Source: Mobula hypostoma (Eukaryota). Taken from it: a stretch of DNA of 64,000 nt. The translations under genes and the position numbers were made by a program. The notes under the pieces are model-generated. The model made no database searches, had not been told where the DNA came from, and saw only the letters and a program-made list of their open reading frames with translations. Positions 40,146-53,194 of this stretch are shown in pieces (position 1 is the stretch's first letter; each line of letters begins with the position of its first letter). The DNA is taken from NCBI RefSeq assembly GCF_963921235.1, contig NC_086108.1, positions 115,198,001 through 115,262,000 on the forward strand. Reading direction: 5' to 3'.

Positions 40146-40901
40146 TACCTCTTCCTAGAGATGCTGCCTGGCCTGCTGCGTTCACCAGCAACTTTGATGA
40201 TGTATGCTGAGGCCTTTCAAGGACTAGTGAGGAATCACTAGCAGTATTTTGAATAGCTTTGGGCTTTTTATCTAAGAAAGGATGTGTTAACATTAGAGAT
40301 GATCCTGAAGAGGTACATGAGAGTGATCCTGGCGATGAAAGAATTAACACATGAGAAGCACTTCATGGCTCAGGAACTGTATTCACTGGAATTTAGAAGA
40401 ATGAGGGGGATCTTATTTAAACCTATTGAAGTCTGAAAGGCCTAGCCTGAGTGGACGTGGAGAGGATTTTTCCTATAGTGAGGGAATCTAGGACCAGAGG
40501 ACACAACCAACATTTAGAACGGAGATGAGAGAGAATTTTTTTAACCAGAGGGTGGATGAAGCTGTGCAATTAATTGCCACAGCGGCTGTGGAGGCCAGGT
40601 TATCAAGAGTATCTGAAGCGGAGTTTGATAGGTTCTTCATCAGTCAGGAAGTGAAAGGTAACAAGGAGAAGGCAGGAAAGTGGGGCTGAGAGGGAAATGG
40701 ATCAGCCTTGATGGAATGGTAGGGCAGACTCAATGGGCCAAATGGCCTAATTCTGCTCCTGTGTCCTATGAAATGGGATCAACGTCTGAATAGTGTCAAT
40801 AGGTAGTTGGTACAGTATCAGTGGGCCGAGGGCCTGTCTCCATGCCATTGGTATTATGTGGTAACCAGTACTGAACTCCCATTTTCGGTTTTGTTTTACA
40901 G

Positions 40902-40989
40902 GTTAGACCCAGGCCAGCGTTGTGAGCCATGTGGGGAAGTGAACATGTGTGGACAGGGTATTCACAGGCTGGAGGACGGTAGCCTATGG
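40902..40989 (+). CDS. LRRIQ3: Candidate LRRIQ3 exon 4
   Basis: Strong acceptor ttttgttttacag| and donor TGG|gtgagt. 88 nt, phase 2/0, compatible with exon 3. Open frame (R)LDPGQRCEPCGEVNMCGQGIHRLEDGSLW. No homology recognised. Confidence 0.6.
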
Positions 40990-41410
40990 GTGAGTCAGCA
41001 CGGTGATGACCGGGTATCTCCCCATGCCCACTCCCTCGCCCACCCCCACCCCACCCATAGAACAGGAACATCGTGCCAGGAGGAACAGGAAGCCGGGCGG
41101 GTGGGGGTGTGGGGATGAAGAAAGGGGCTGGGAGGCAAAAGGCCAAGGGCTGAAGAAGAAGTAATCTGATGTAGAACATAAAAAACTGCAGCACATTACA
41201 GGCCCTTCGTCCCACTATGTTGTTCCGACCATCTAACCTGCTCTAGAAACTGCCCAGAATAGTAGTAAGGGAATTAAGGGTTATGGGGAAAAGGCAGGTA
41301 GATGGAGCTGAGTTTACGGACAGATCAACCATGATCTTATTGAATGCAGGGCAGGCTTGATGGGCTGGATGGCCGACTCCTGCTCCTATTTCTGATGTTC
41401 TTTTGTTCAG

Positions 41411-42270
41411 ATCTCCAGTGCACTGAGTGGCGTCAATAGTAAATGCATCAAATACTGCTTGTAAAAGGAATGGTACATCAATGTGACCTGTGACCTGTGA
41501 CCCTGTGTCAAGTGCGGCTCTAGCATAAATACCCTCCATCCGTAGCGATACACCGCTCTGCCCAAGTCTCGTGCTCCTCTTCCCCTTTAGGTGTGGGCTT
41601 CGTTCCTGAGAACAGGCAGAGCCTGTGATAGCTGTGGCTTTGAACCTGGGCATTTTTCCATTTATTCACCAGAGAGGTAAGGTTTAATACCAACTCAGAA
41701 GTCTCACTCTTCACTGGGGGACAGGGACTCATTAGACATTCCAAATCAGACCACTCCTTCCCCTCAATCTGCAGAAATGAGAGCACCCTGTCTTTGAAGT
41801 CTCCACCCCCAGCTTGGGGAGTCTCAAATTGCAATTCAGCCCGCTCCCCTACACTCTCCTCCTCCCGGAAAGTACAGACAGTCCACGGCCCCCTCTCTCC
41901 TGGGGCCCCAGTAGTACCAGGCAGTTCCACTGCCATTACGTCAGCGCTAGTCTGAACTAAAACAAGGTCTTTGTCCGCCATTTTATCAAACCTCCGCTCC
42001 ACAATCGTAACTTTTCCTATAGCTTTAACAGTACTTAAAAGTCGAATTAACAATTCATCAGGAGTATGAACATCTACCCCACTCAACACGCACATATTCA
42101 TTACTAGTAACCACGTGGATTCACAGCACTGCTCAATCCTGGCAGCATCCATACCCATGTATCATTATTACTTTACCAGGCAATAGTTTAGCACAGACTT
42201 AAACCCCACTGGGTCAATGCTCATGGCAATCACACAGCATCCAATGAAATCAATCCCGGACGAGCCCCCA
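41411..42270 (-). mobile_element. Internally deleted Ty3/Gypsy element: PBS-Pro, PNMA-like gag and protease remnant
   Basis: PBS TGGGGGCTCGTCCGGGAT at 42253-42270 (-). ORF 41520-42158 has YHRLCLFSGTKPTPKGEEEHETW; aspartic protease ALDTGSQVT lies in another frame. Confidence 0.85.
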
Positions 42271-44129
42271 CAATTGAAACATTCAGGTTCTGTCGACATT
42301 TTATGGCTCTGGGCCTGTACTCACTAGAGTTCAGAAGAATGAGGGTAATCTCATTGAAACCTACTGAATACTGAAAGGCCTAGATAGAGTGGATGTGGAG
42401 AGGATATTTACTATAGTGGGTGAGCCTAGGACCAGAGGGTACAACCTTAGAATAGAGGGACATCCATTTGGAACAGAGTTGAGGAGGAATTTCTTTAGCT
42501 AGAGGCTGGTGAATCTGTGGATTTCATTATCACAGATGGCTGTGGGTTTCGATAGGTACATTTAATGTCAGAAAAATGTATACAATCTACATCCTTTTTC
42601 TTCACAGACAGAAAAGCATCAGCACCCTTCACTGAGTACTCAAGCATGCAGCAAAGCATCAATAAGGACACAGACTTGCAGTACCCCAAGTCTGTTCACC
42701 TGGTAATTCAATCTCTCCCTCTCCTCCCCCCCCCCAATAAGGGAAAAAGGGGTGTCTCTGTTTCACAGTGAGAGGGGAGACATAACAAACAGCTTGCTGA
42801 TTTAAAAGTATGTTGAGTCGCTTTTCCAAGCTCTGTGCCCAATATCAAAAAGCGGCCGGTCGTGAGGCCCTGAGAATGGGTCCCATTCCTGCAAAGAACT
42901 GAAGACAGATTGTAACTCCAGGTCAGGGTCTTCAAAAGAAGCCCCCACACCCTGAAAAGGAAGAAAAGGGATATGAAAGATAGAAATGGAGCTGCTTGCC
43001 AAGATGCAGGCAAAGGAGTCACCGTTTAGCACCATCTTGACTTCACCTAGCCTCCAGTTGTCAATGAGTATATTTCAAGTGGAGGTTGATAAGTTCTTGA
43101 TTAATCAGGGCATCAATGGTTATGGACAGAAGGGAGGAGCATGGGGTTAAAAGGGATAATAAATCAGCCATGATGGAGTGGTGGAGCAGACACAATGGTC
43201 TGAGTGGCTTAATTCTGCTCCTGTGTCTGATGGTTTGATAGTCCATCAACTCCATTTTCCCTGTAACCTTTGTAACCTTTCCCACTATTAGAAACATCCT
43301 CAGCCTTTCAATATTTTGAAATGTTTCAATGAGATTTCCCCTTCATTGTTCTAATTTCCAGTGAGTACAGGCTCACAGCCATCAAACACACCTCATACGT
43401 TAGCCCTTTCATTCCAGGCATCATTCTTGTGAACCCTTCGAATGCCAACTTACCCTTAGAGGTGGGGCTTGAAATGAAGCTCAAGTTGCTATACCGTAAC
43501 ATATAAAATTTACTCTGAGTTTTGAAGCCTAATGTGCTGTTAACTTCCCCCATTAAGCTACTTGCACTAAGCCTTACATGAATATTTGTTTTACTCATCT
43601 CTCCACTCCTTTCTCACTGATAACTAACATCATCGTTCTCTCTTCTACTTCTGATGAAGGTTCACACTCAAAATGTTGATGGTTTCTCTCTCCACAGACA
43701 CTGCCTGACTAGTATTTTGTGCTGATGTTTTAGGTTTCCAGCGTCGGGTGTAATGACTTTATGTGGCTGTATCGGTGCTTCACACGTTGGTACTTACTTT
43801 AATAAATTGATTTAGCTCCAAAATCTTTAGGATTATTTACAAACCAGAAGAAACTTATGTGGAAAAGTTCTGTCTTTCAAAAACTGAAGAGTAATTGCAC
43901 ATTTGGAATCCTTGTATATAATCTAGCCAGTCCTCCTTCCCCTCCCCAACCTGTATATTCTGGCATCTGCTCCTTACTTTCTAGTCCTGGTGAAGGGTCT
44001 TGGCATGAAATGTTGACTCTTTACTCTGTTCCATAGCTGCTGCCTGACCTGCTTAGTTCCTTCAGCATTTTGTGTGTGTTGTACTGGACTTCCAGCATCT
44101 GCCGAATTTTTTGTGTATATAATTTGCAC

Positions 44130-44196
44130 ATGTTTGTGAGGGTATGTATGTGTGGTGTGAATGTGTATGAGGGTTTATGTGTGGTATGTGTTTGTG

Positions 44197-44243
<47 letters not shown>

Positions 44244-44695
44244 TGGTTTATGTGTGTGCGTCTGTGAGTGTGTGCCTGTATGTGTTAGGTTTTATGTGTG
44301 GTGTGTACATGTGTGTGAGTATGTGTGTCTGTGAGAGGGTTTGTGTGATGTGTATATGTGTGCGTGTGTGTGTGTATGTTTGAGGGTTTATGTGTGGTGT
44401 GTACATGTGTGTCTGCGTGTGTGAAAGTGTGTCTGTGTGAGGGTTTATATGTGGTGTGTACATGTGTGCCTGCATGTGTGAGAGGGTGTGTGTCTGAAGG
44501 TTTATGTGTGGTGTGTACATGTGTGTCTGCGTGTGTGAAAGTGTGTCTGTGTGAGGGTTTATGTGTGGTGTGTACATGTGTGTCTGCGTGTGTGGAAGTG
44601 TGTTTGTGTGAGGGTTTATGCGTGGTGTGTACATGTGTGCCTGCATGTGTGAGAGGGTGTGTGTGTCTGAGTGTTTATGTCTTGTGTATGTGGTG
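44130..44695. repeat. TG-rich low-complexity repeat with ~60-bp periodicity
   Basis: Recurring gagggtttatgtgtggtgtgtacatgtgtg. Confidence 0.85.
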
Positions 44696-44975
44696 AGGCT
44701 ATGTTGGTGCTGAGTTGAGGATGTTGCTAATTACAGTTTTCTGGATTTACTCCCATTATCTCGACAGATCTCCTCTCCCACTGCGCTCTGCGCCTCAGTG
44801 AACAGTGCAGGTGGAGAGTGGAACCTCCTGGCAATAGGTTTCATTAGCAGAATGGCTGTGGATACACAGCTGACAGTTATTTACTCAGCGTAATGTAGCC
44901 AGGACGTTTCTAATCTGTGCACTTGCCTTCAGTGTATTTGTAATCTGCTGATGAATTGTCTAATTGCCTATCCAG

Positions 44976-45059
44976 GTGGAAAATGGCAGCAGCAGGCACC
45001 ACGGCCGGTGCCGTGCTGTACAGCTACGGATAAACGAGCTGCAAGTTAAGATGTTAGAG
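44976..45059 (+). CDS. LRRIQ3: Candidate LRRIQ3 exon 5
   Basis: cctatccag|GTG ... GAG|gtacgt, 84 nt, phase 0/0. VENGSSRHHGRCRAVQLRINELQVKMLE, in non-repetitive sequence. Confidence 0.55.
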
Positions 45060-45474
45060 GTACGTCTTTCTTCTGGAGCTGTGCCTTGGTTAGTGCTGTT
45101 AACTAGATGGAATTACATCAGGTATTCGGCCCATATGTGGGCCATTCAGCCCGTCTAGAGCAAAGAACAGTGCAGTGCATGATGTGCTAAACTAATTAAA
45201 CTGATCTCACTTAGTTACACTACCCCCTTTTGTCAGCACATGTTCAATATCCCTCCATTCACTGCACAATCATGTGTCTAACTTCTGAAACACCACCACT
45301 GTCTTGTAAAATATAACTTGCCCAGCACATTAACTTTAAACTTTCTGCCTCTCTTGTATTAGAATTGGATTCAGGTTTAATATTACTGGCATATGTCGTG
45401 AAATTTGTTAACTTTGCAGCAGCAGTACAATACAATACATGATAAATACAGAAAAAATCAATTACGGTAATTAT

Positions 45475-48472
45475 AGAAACCTAGAAACATAGAAAACCTA
45501 CAGCGCAATACAAAGTTGTGCCAAACATGTCCCTACCTTAGAAATTACTAGGCTTACCCATAGCCCACTATCTTTCTAAGCTCCATGTACCTATCCAAAA
45601 GTCTCTTGAAAGACCCTATCGTATCCACCTCCACTACTGTTGCTGGCAGCCCATTCCACACACTCACCACTCTCTGAGTAAAAAAACTTACCCCTGACAT
45701 CTCCTCTGTACCTACTCCCCAGCACCTTAAACCTGTGCCCTCTTGTGGCAGCCATTTCAGCCCTGGGAAAAAGCCTCTGACTATCCACACGATCAATGTC
45801 TCTCATTATCTTGTTCACCTCTATCAGGTCACCTCTCATCCTCCGTCACTCCAAGGAAAAAAGGCTGAGTTCACTCAACCTGTTTTCATAAGATATTAAG
45901 AGGAATAGATAAAGTGGACAGCCAGCACCTCTTCCCCAGGGCACCACTGCTCAGTACAAGAGGACATGGCTTTCAGGTAAGGGGTGGGAAGTTCAAGGGA
46001 GATATTAGAGGAAGGTTTTTTACTCAGAGAGTGGTTGGTGCGTGGAATGCACTGCTTGAGTCAGATACACTAGTGAAATTTAAGAGACCGCTAGACAGGT
46101 ATATGGAGAAATTTAAGGTGGGGGGTTATATGCGAGGTAGTGTTTAAGGGTCGGCACAACATTGTGGGCTGAAGGGCTTGTACTGTGCTGTACTATTCTA
46201 TGTTCTATAACGCAAGCTCCCCAATCCAGGCAACATCCTTGTAAATCTCCTCTGCACCCTTTCTATGGTTTCCTCATCCTTCCTGTAGTGAGGCGACCAG
46301 AATTGAGCACAGTACTCCAAGTGGGGTCTGACCAGGGTCCTATATAGCTGCAACATTACCTCTCGGCTCTTAAACTCAATCCCATGATTGATGAAGGCCA
46401 ATGCACCGTATGCCTTCTTAACCACAGAGTCAACCTGCACAGCTGCTTTGAGCGTCCTATGGACTCAGATCCCAAGATCCCTCTGATCCTCCACACTGCC
46501 AAAAGTCTTACCATTAATACTATATTCTGCCATTATATTTGACCTACCAGAATGAACCACCTCACACTTATCTGGGTTGAACTCCATCTGTCACTTCTCA
46601 GCCCAGTTTTGCATCCTATCAATGTCCCACTGTAACCTCTGACAGCTCTCCACGCTATCCACAACACCCCCAACCTTTGTGTCATCAGCAAATTTACTAA
46701 CCCATCCCTCCACTTCATTCAGGTCATTTATAAAAATCACAAAGAGTAAGGGTCCCAGAACAGATCCCTGAAGCACACCACTGGTCACCGTACTCCATGC
46801 AGAATATGACCCGTCTACAACCGTTCTTTGCCTTCTGTGGGCAAACCAGTTCTGGATCCACAAAACAATGTCCTCTTGGATCCCATGCCTCCTTACTTAA
46901 TATCTACATGCTCTAGCTTTTCAGTCTGCTGCAAGTCATCACAACAATCACCAAGATCCTTTTCCATAGTGAATATTGAAGTAAAGTATTCATTAAGTGC
47001 CTCTGCTATTTCCCCCAGTTCCATACACACTTTCCCACTGTTACACTTGATAGGTCCTATTCTTTCATGTCTTATCCTCTTGCTGTTCAAAAACTTGTAG
47101 ATTGCCTTGGGGTTTTCCTTAATCTTGCCCCCCAAGGCCTTCTCATGGCCCCTTCTGGCTCTCCTAATTTCTTTCTTAAACTCCTTCCTGTTAGCCTGAT
47201 AATTTTCCAGATTTCTAACATTACCTAGCTCTCTGAACCTTTTGTATGCTTTTCTTCTTGACTAGATTTACAACAGCCTTTGTACACCGCAGTTCCTGTA
47301 CCCTACCATAACTTCCGTCTCATTGGAACGTACCTATGCAGAACTCCACACAAATATCCCCTGAACATTTGCCATATTTCTTCCATACTTTTCCCTGAGA
47401 ACATCTGCTCCCAACTTAAGCTTCCAGTTTCCTGCCTGATAGCCTCATAATTCCCCTTACTCCAATTAAACGCTTTTCTGACTTGTCTGTTCCTATCCCT
47501 CTCCGATGCTATTATGAAGGAGATAGGAGATAGAATTATAGAACATAGAACATAGAATAGTACAGCACAGTACAGGCCCTTCAGCCCGCAATGTTGTGCC
47601 GACCCTCAAACCCTGCCTCCCATACAAGCCCCCACCTTAAATTCCTCCATATACCTGTCTAGCGGTCTCTTAAATTTCACTAGTGTATCTGACTCAAGCA
47701 GTGCATTCCACGCACCAACCACTCTCTGAGTAAAAAACCTTCCTCTAATATCTCCCTTGAACTTCCCACCCCTTACCTGAAAGCCATGTCCTCTTGTATT
47801 GAGCAGTGGTGCCCTGGGGAAGAGGCGCTGGCTATCCACTCTATCTATTCCTCTTATTATCTTGTACATCTCTATCATGTCTGCTCTCATCCTCCTTCTC
47901 TCCAAAGAGTAAAGCCCTAGCTCCCTTAATCTCTGATCATAATGCATACTCTCTAAACCAGGCAGCATCCTGGTAAATCTCCGCTGTACCCTTTCCAATG
48001 CTTCCACATCCTTCCTATAGTGAGGTGACCAGAACTGATCACTATCTCCAAAATGCTCTCCCACTGAGAGATCTGACACCTGACCAGGTTCATTTCCCAA
48101 TGCCAAATCAGGTACAGCCTTTCCTCTTGTAGGTTTATCTACATATTGTGTCAAGAAACCTTCCTGAACACCCCTAACAAACTCCACCCCATCTAAACCC
48201 CTTGCTCTAGAGAGATGCCAATCGATATTTGGGAAATTAAAATCTCCCATCATGACAACTCTGTTATTATTACAACTTTCCAGGATCCGTTTCCCTATCT
48301 GCTCCTCGATAACCCTGTTACTATTGGGCAGCCAGTAACACCCAGTAAAGTTATTGACTCTTTCCTGTTCCTCAGAGACTCCGTAGACAATCCCTCCATG
48401 ATGTCCACCTTTTCTGCAGCTGTGACACTATCTCTGATCAACAGTGCTACGCCCCCACCTCTTTTGCCTCCC
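45475..48472 (-). mobile_element. CR1 ORF2 (-) with two nested younger CR1 3' ends
   Basis: Host motifs GDFNFPNIDW and SKFADDTK; nested near-identical copies at ~45891-46210 (+) and ~47541-48037 (-). Confidence 0.85.
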
Positions 48473-48584
48473 TACATACATTAAATAGTTAAATTAAAAA
48501 AACAGTGCAAAAACAGAGAAAATCTGAAGTAGGTTCATCTTCCCTGTGAAAAATGTACCACCTGTCTATATTATGAGATTTTGA

Positions 48585-49130
48585 GGGCACCACTAGTGTA
48601 GCGGTTAGTGTGAGGCTGTTACAGCTCAGGGAATCAGAATTTGGAGTTCAGTTCCAGCCTCCTCAATAAGGAGTTTGTGCACACTCACCACGACCACATG
48701 CGCTTTCTCCAGGTGCTCCGATTGTCTCTCACAGTCCAAAGATATAGCAGTTAGTGGCTTAACTGGACATTGTAAATTGTCCTGTGATGAGACTGGGGTT
48801 AAATCGGTGAGTTGCTGGGTGGTGTGGCCCAGTTAGTGGGTTAACTGGTCATTGTAAATTGTCCTGTGATGAGGCTGGGGTTAAATTAGTGAGTTGCTGG
48901 GTGGTGCGGCTCAGTTAGTGGGTTAAGTGGTCATCGTAAATTGTCCTGTGATGAGGCTGGGGTTGAATCAGTGAGTTGCTGGGTGGTGCAGCTCAGTTAG
49001 TGGGTTAAGTGGTCATTGTAAATTGTCCTGTGATGAGACTGGGGTTGAATCAGTGAGTTGCTGGGTGGTGCGGCTCAATGGACCATAAAGGGCTGTTCCA
49101 CACTTTATCTCTAAATGAATAAAATAAATA
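48585..49130 (+). mobile_element. tRNA-derived SINE with four internal 82-bp tandem copies
   Basis: agttagtgg starts at ~48749, 48831, 48913 and 48995; aataaa tail. Confidence 0.75.
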
Positions 49131-49584
49131 AGCTTAGATCAGGTCAACCCTCAGCCTATGATGTTCTGTAGAAAACAACCCAAGATTTTCCACCAAATCT
49201 AGTCTGTGGCCTGATGAAATGTCAACTCTTTATTCATTTCCATTGATGTTGCTTGCCCTGCTGAGTTCCTCTAGTATTTTGGGTGCGACTGTTCCACTGA
49301 GCCTCTGCCATTTCACCTGCCTCATTCAATCTTTGATCATTTCATACTTTTTTTTGTTTTGCTCATATGCTATCCATATTATTCACTCTGCAGTTTGCTT
49401 CTCCCATTTTCTGTAGGAATCCCATATTTTCACTGGTAACCGATGAAAGAAACTTTCTTCCTTTCCCCAGAGGGTTTGTGAGCCATCACCTGAGCCACAT
49501 CCAGCTAGGGATGATAGAAAAATGGAGGGCAATGTAGGAGGGAAGGCTTAGATTGATTGTGGAGTAGGTTAAAAGATGATTTCT

Positions 49585-50360
49585 AATGCCACCACAATCT
49601 CTAACGCTACCTCTTTCAGAACCTTGGGGTGCAGTTTCACTCGTCCGAGTGACTTATGTACCTTTAGATCTTTCAGCTTTTTGAGCACCTTCTCCCTTGT
49701 AACAGTAACTCACCCACTTCTCTTCCTTCACACACCACAACATCAGACACACTGCTAGTGTCTTCCACAGTGAAGACTGATGCAAGATACCCATTTAGTT
49801 CATCAGCCATCTTGTACCCCGTTATTATTTCCCCTGCCTCATTTTCTAGTGGTCCTATATAGGTCCCACTGTCATTCCGCTTTGATTTTTAACATACTTG
49901 AAAAAACTTTTACTATCCATGCTGATATTACTTGCTAGCTTGCTTTCATATTTCATCTTTTTTTCCTTTCTAATGATTTTATTTTTAGTTGCTCTCTGTA
50001 GCTTTTAAAAAACCTTCCCTATCCTCTTTCTTCCCACTAATTTTTGCTTTGGTGTATGCCCTTTCTTTTGCTGTTACAATAGCTTTAACTTCCTTTGTCA
50101 GCCTCAGATGTACCATTTGAGTGTTTCTTTAATTTTTGGAATACACGTGTCCTGCACCTTCCTCAGTTCCCCAGAAAATCATGCAATTGCTGCTCGGCTG
50201 CTCGGCTGACATCGCTGCCAGCATCTCCTTCCAATTTACTTTAGCCATCTCTCCTCTCATACCACTGTAATTTCCCTCACTCCACTGAAATACTGCTACA
50301 TCAGGCTTTACTCTCTCCCTATCAAATTTCAAGTTGAATTCAATCCTATTGTTATCACTC
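49585..50360 (-). mobile_element. Decayed CR1 ORF2 fragment
   Basis: SDNNRIEFNLKF...GNYSGMRGEMAKVNW. Confidence 0.75.
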
Positions 50361-50394
50361 AGACACACACTCAATCATATTGAAAAACATCTGC

Positions 50395-50606
50395 CTGTGT
50401 GTGTGTGTGTGTGTGTGTTCCTGAGCGTGTATTACTGTGTGTAATCCCCTGTATGTGTCTACATCTGTCTGTCTGTATGCACGTGGGAGTATGTGTTTAT
50501 TCCTGTGTGTGTGTGTGTGTATTCCTGAGCGTGTATTACTGTGTGTAATCCCCTGTATGTGTCTACATCTGTCTGTCTGTATGCACGTGGGAGTATGTGT
50601 TTATTC

Positions 50607-50644
<38 letters not shown>

Positions 50645-51265
50645 TCCTGAGCGTGTATTACTGTGTGTAATCCCCTGTATGTGTCTACATCTGTCTGTCT
50701 GTATGTATGCACGTGGGAGTATGTGTTTATTCCTGTGTGTGTGTGTCTGTGTATGAAAGAGTGAAAGAGAGTCTGTTCCTGTGGGTGGGTGGGTGTATAT
50801 GGGTTTGTGCTCCTTTGTGTGTATTCCTGTGTGGGTGTGAGTGTCTGTGCGTTCCTCTGTGTGTATTACTGTGTGTATGTAACTGTATGCTTTGTATTCC
50901 TTTGAGTGTGTGTATTCCCACGTGTGTGTGTGTGTGAGGGGGGGGAGAGAGAGAAATACTCTGGGTGTGTGTATTCTTCTGTGTGTGTGTGCGTGGGTAT
51001 TCCTGCACATTTTTGTGTATGTGTGTGTATGCGCATTTCTCTGTGTGTACTCCCGTGTCTGGGTGTGTGGGTTTGAGTGTTTCATATTCCTGTGAGTGTG
51101 TGTATTCTCATGTGTATTCATGTGTGTGTGTGTATGTACTCTCGTGTCTGGGTGCGTGTGTTTGAGTGTTTCGTATTCCTGTGAGTGTGTGTATTCTCGT
51201 GTGTGTGTGTGTGTCTGGGCATATGTTACTGCATGCTTTTTATTCCTATGAGTGTGTGTATTTCC
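50395..51265. repeat. TG-rich composite repeat (three ~105-125 bp units, then low complexity)
   Basis: ttcctgagcgtgtattactgtgtgtaatcccc repeated three times with variable (GT)n. Confidence 0.85.
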
Positions 51266-51267
51266 TC

Positions 51268-52623
51268 TACACTTGTTCTGGGCAACTGCAGCTTCCGCTG
51301 TCATCTGTTGTGGAGGAATCCAAGGTGGCAAAATGCAGACACTTGTTAAGCTTGAGAGATTCCAGTGATGTCTTGGTAAAGAAGCAGGCATTACAACCAC
51401 ATCTGGGCACAAGTGGGCAGCCAACGCAGCTGTGGAGGGGGCAGTGTGTTCTCTGAAGCTGCGAGATATCATCGGCAACCCCTGCATCGGGCAGTGAGGC
51501 CTCGGCTCAGTTCACTTCCAGCAGTGGGGAAATGCAAGCATAAGGTACGGGCAAGACATGATACAGGCAGAAGTACGGATCCGTGAGGAAGAGAAGCGGA
51601 TTTCAAAGGCAGTGGAACAAGGGTCCCAGGGTGCCTGGACAAAATGGGATCTGCCTAAGCGCAAGATCTCATGGGCAGAGTTATGGAGACTGGAGCCCTT
51701 CCGTATTTCCTTCCTCTTGTGATCTGTGTATGACACCCTTACTTCACCATTACATCTGTACACACGGGGGATGAGAGAGGACCCGAACTGTAAGCTCTGT
51801 GGTCAAAAGGGGTCACTGGCTCATATACTGTCCAGGTGTAAAACAGCTCTAACTCAAGGACGGTATAGGTGGCGCCATGATAAGGTGCTTCTGGCTCTTG
51901 CTGACACACTAGAGCAGGAGACATGCAAGAAGAGGACAGCTGGCACAGATTTGAGGAAAGCCATCACCTTCATCAAAGAGGGAGCTAGGCCTTTCATAAC
52001 CAAACAACCAAAGCCCAATCTGCTGCTAACGGCCATGTCCTGGGAGATGAGGGTCGATGTGGGAAGGAGGTTGCAGTTCCCAGATGTGGTGCACACAATC
52101 CTATGCCCGGACATTGTACTGTGGTCAACGGAAGACAAGAAAATAATTCTGGTTGAGTTGACTGTGCCGTGGGAGGAGGGATGGGAAGAGGCCCACGAGA
52201 GAAAGGCCTTGAAGTACCAGCCCTTACTGCAGGAGTGTAAAGACAAGGGATGGCAGGCATGGTTGTTCCCTGTGGAGATCGGCTGCAGAGGTTTCCCAGC
52301 CAAATCAGCATGGCGGTTGTTGTCAGATCTGGGCCTGGACAAAAGGAGCAGAAAACAAGCAGCTCGTAGGATGGGGGAAGAGGCAGAACGAGCTTTTTGT
52401 TGGATTTGGAGTAGGTGAGAGGAGGGAAGCTGGAAGTCAGGAGCAGATGGGCAGTGATTTGGCCACTACTGCTGGCCCACCAACTGAAGAGTGTCATGGT
52501 TAAGGGTCGAAACACTCTGTGAAGATTGGGAACTACCTGATGACACCTGGTCCTGGCTGAAGGCTACGGTTACCTTATAAGGTATCTGGACAATGCACCC
52601 TAACAGGTGTTTGTAACCAGTAA
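51268..52623 (+). mobile_element. 5'-truncated HERO-like non-LTR retrotransposon (CCHC knuckle and restriction-like endonuclease)
   Basis: ORF 51726-52418: CKLC...H....C, YRWRHDKVL, PDIVLW, VELTVPWE, ERKALKY, PVEIGCRGF; upstream stops; embedded in TG repeats. Confidence 0.85.
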
Positions 52624-52929
52624 GTGTGTGTGTGTGTGTGTGTGTTTGTTTGTGAGAGAGAAAGAATGAGAATGAATATGAAATGAATATGAATGTTCAG
52701 TGGGGTGTGTGTGTAATCTTCTGTGCGTGCATGGGTATTCATGCATGTATTTGTGTGTGTGTGTGTGTGTGTGTGTATGGGGGTGAGTGTCTGTGCATTC
52801 CTCAGTGTGGGTGTATGTATTCCTGTGTGTGTATGTTTGTGTGTGTATGTGTATTCCGGTATGTGCATTCCTGTGTGTGTGTTTGTGTGTTCCTGTGTAT
52901 GTTTTGGTGTGAGTATTCCTATGTGTATT

Positions 52930-52960
<31 letters not shown>

Positions 52961-53194
52961 TCCTGTGCGTGTGTGTATGTGTGTATATATATATATATAT
53001 ATATGTTCCTGTGTATGTTTGTGGGTATTCCATTGTTTATTCCTGTGTGTGCATGTGTGCATTCCTCTGTCTGTGTGTGTGCACATTCCTCTGTGTGTGT
53101 GAGAGAGAGACTGAACACTGCCAGGTTTCTCTCTTTCACTGTACAGCCGTGTGTGTGTAATCCTATGTGTATTCCTGTGTGTGTGTGTGTGTTC

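Noticed and set aside
47606..48253. 215-aa ORF fusing endonuclease to RT C-terminus
   Set aside because: Chance in-frame junction between a host CR1 and a nested CR1 3' end.
52482..52560. Possible hammerhead in the HERO-like 3' UTR (ctgaaga...gaaac; ctgatga)
   Set aside because: No convincing stems I and II; the region is better explained by a gagtgt/acactc hairpin.
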